Origin: a bacterium
GTDB taxonomy: Bacteria; Hinthialibacterota; Hinthialibacteria; Hinthialibacterales; Hinthialibacteraceae
DNA: 64,000 bases
NCBI GenBank assembly: GCA_963662285.2
Contig: CAXXMV010000002.1
Location: forward strand, 1,088,001 to 1,152,000
Direction of reading: 5' to 3'
Shown here: positions 62,558 through 64,000 of the stretch, in pieces
Position numbering within the stretch: position 1 is the stretch's first letter
Layout: every line of letters starts with the position of its first letter
Notes under the pieces: model-generated
What the model was told of the DNA's origin: nothing
The model's input: the letters and a program-made list of their open reading frames with translations, nothing else
Databases searched by the model: none
Made by a program: the position numbers and the translations under genes

Positions 62558-63568
62558 TTATTCACGTCGATTAACCATTCTTACGCCGGGCGTTTTTTTG
62601 GTTATGCCGACGGTTCCCGTTTTAGCGACTTTGGGGGCTTTTTTGAATTGGATGCCCCGTGAGCGCAGTTGGTCTCCATAGGTGTTGAAGATGGCGTCTT
62701 CGAATTCTTTCAACTGGTGTAGTTGGTCGATGCAGGATTTTAAGCGGTTATCGAAATTTTTGATCTTCTCTCCCTGATCGGTTAATTCCTGCTTGAATTC
62801 GGCCAGGTTATTGGGAATTTTTTTGCGGCTGGGAGAAGGCAGACTGCCAATCGTGGTTAGGGCGTTGGTCTGAGCCAGGATGGTGTCGGCCAGTTCCGGT
62901 TCAGCGTCTTGAAAGATTTGAGCAAGGTGTTTGAGGGTGTGCCGGGTGTGGCCTTGGGCCTGGCTGAGTAGTTCCTGTTTGATTTCGAGAACTTTTTCAT
63001 GATGCCGCGAGAGTTCTAACTGACATTGAGCCAGTTCGAGCATGTCTGGCGCCAGGGCTTTTTGGGCGATGCGGATTTTATTCTGCATGTGGTCAGCCAG
63101 AGTGTGTTTGGCTTGATCGTGTTTAGTTAGAATCTTCCCGTATTCGAGGGGATCAATTTTATCATTATTGAGTTGTTCGCCATATTTATTGATCAGTATT
63201 TTGAGTTTGAAAGCGAAAACGAAGTCCGGGTGATTGCGTTTTTTATCGGCTATCTCTTTTTCGAGCCGCGCCACTTCCTGAGAGAATTGTCTGCCGGGAT
63301 CGAGCCAGTCGGACAGAATCGGGATCAATTTCTGCAAGTCGTGTCCATTGGTGCCGCGTTCGCGGATCATGTCTGCGACTAGATCGAGGCATTCACCAAG
63401 GTCCTGCCGGATGGGTTGGACGAATATTTCGGTATCGAAAGCCAGAGCATTTTCAGCGTTCTCAAGGCATTCCCGCGCTTTTTGGGATGAAAGCAGGGTG
63501 CTGAATTTGCTAAACGCTTTGTTGACGTCATCGCTATTGAATTTGCTAGCAGTGTTATATTCAGGCAT
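62558..63568 (-). CDS. Hypothetical helical/coiled-coil protein (putative paralog of 31333-32334)
   Basis: 336 aa helical protein, no signal peptide or TM. Confidence 0.75.
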   Translation of the reverse strand: MPEYNTASKFNSDDVNKAFSKFSTLLSSQKARECLENAENALAFDTEIFVQPIRQDLGECLDLVADMIRERGTNGHDLQKLIPILSDWLDPGRQFSQEVARLEKEIADKKRNHPDFVFAFKLKILINKYGEQLNNDKIDPLEYGKILTKHDQAKHTLADHMQNKIRIAQKALAPDMLELAQCQLELSRHHEKVLEIKQELLSQAQGHTRHTLKHLAQIFQDAEPELADTILAQTNALTTIGSLPSPSRKKIPNNLAEFKQELTDQGEKIKNFDNRLKSCIDQLHQLKEFEDAIFNTYGDQLRSRGIQFKKAPKVAKTGTVGITKKTPGVRMVNRRE

Positions 63569-63860
63569 ACCAATCTCTTTTATAAAAAATATGATTTTTC
63601 TTAACTATTATTATACAAACAATTTACATGATTTTTGGGATTTCGTCCATCTAAATGTTGATGGAAGAGAATGAGTTTGATTTAATTCCAAATTTGAAGC
63701 AATGATATTATTTAGAATTCTTGAATATATCGGTAATGTGTGTAGTTTAATCAAATTCTTAGAGCGTATTATTGAGTAATTGCAAATAATTATGGTTACT
63801 GGTGTATTTCTGTGATATGCTATAAATGGTCATAATTCATTTCATCTTGGGACGGGAACC

Positions 63861-64000
63861 ATGAAACAGGCTTTTGGGTTTATTCTGACGTTATTTGCTT
63901 TTTCATTGCAGGCTCAATCAATTGAAACTGTTCTGCCTTCAAATGTTGTAGACTTATCAATAAGTATATTTGATGATCGAGACTACTCTGTTTTCGGGAA
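63861..64000 (+). CDS. Secreted protein, 5' part only (paralog of 60453-61493)
   Basis: Translated by hand: MKQAFGFILTLFAFSLQAQSIETVLPSNVVDLSISIFDDRDYSVFG..., open to the window end. Confidence 0.8.
   Translation, partial: MKQAFGFILTLFAFSLQAQSIETVLPSNVVDLSISIFDDRDYSVFG

Overview
Bacterial chromosomal segment with no rRNA, tRNA or CRISPR array seen. It contains the distal spc and alpha ribosomal operons (rplE-partial to rplQ, with secY, map, infA, rpmJ and rpoA, but no adk). Next come an ACP / ADP-forming acyl-CoA synthetase / nagB / DUF4954 block, an alternative sigma-70 gene, smc, mreBCD-mrdA-rodA and purL-purQ. The rest is more accessory: GDPD, HtrA, a PA14/GT-C glycosyltransferase, a B12 radical SAM enzyme, hisF / ATP-grasp / glucuronokinase-like genes, a heme-c sensor, NrpR, pepA, an intact IS5-family element with target duplication, a BlaI-BlaR1 pair with a perfect operator palindrome, a very AT-rich three-gene TIGR04255-like cassette, pyrE, an ECF sigma module and several secreted hypothetical proteins. 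The most notable unexplained signals are five. (1) Two unrelated secreted proteins end in the same short motif V-x-[QD]-W-x-[LI]-[YF], a candidate new C-terminal sorting signal. (2) The AT-rich three-gene cassette is a candidate toxin-antitoxin or defence module. (3) A paralogous secreted SIETVLP family shows an AT-rich core joined to a GC-rich C-terminal module. (4) Two distant coiled-coil hypothetical proteins appear paralogous. (5) Two tandem pairs of NrdR-box-like sites precede smc. Several families of short palindromic repeats are dispersed in intergenic regions. All family assignments come from motif recognition by eye; no searches were run.
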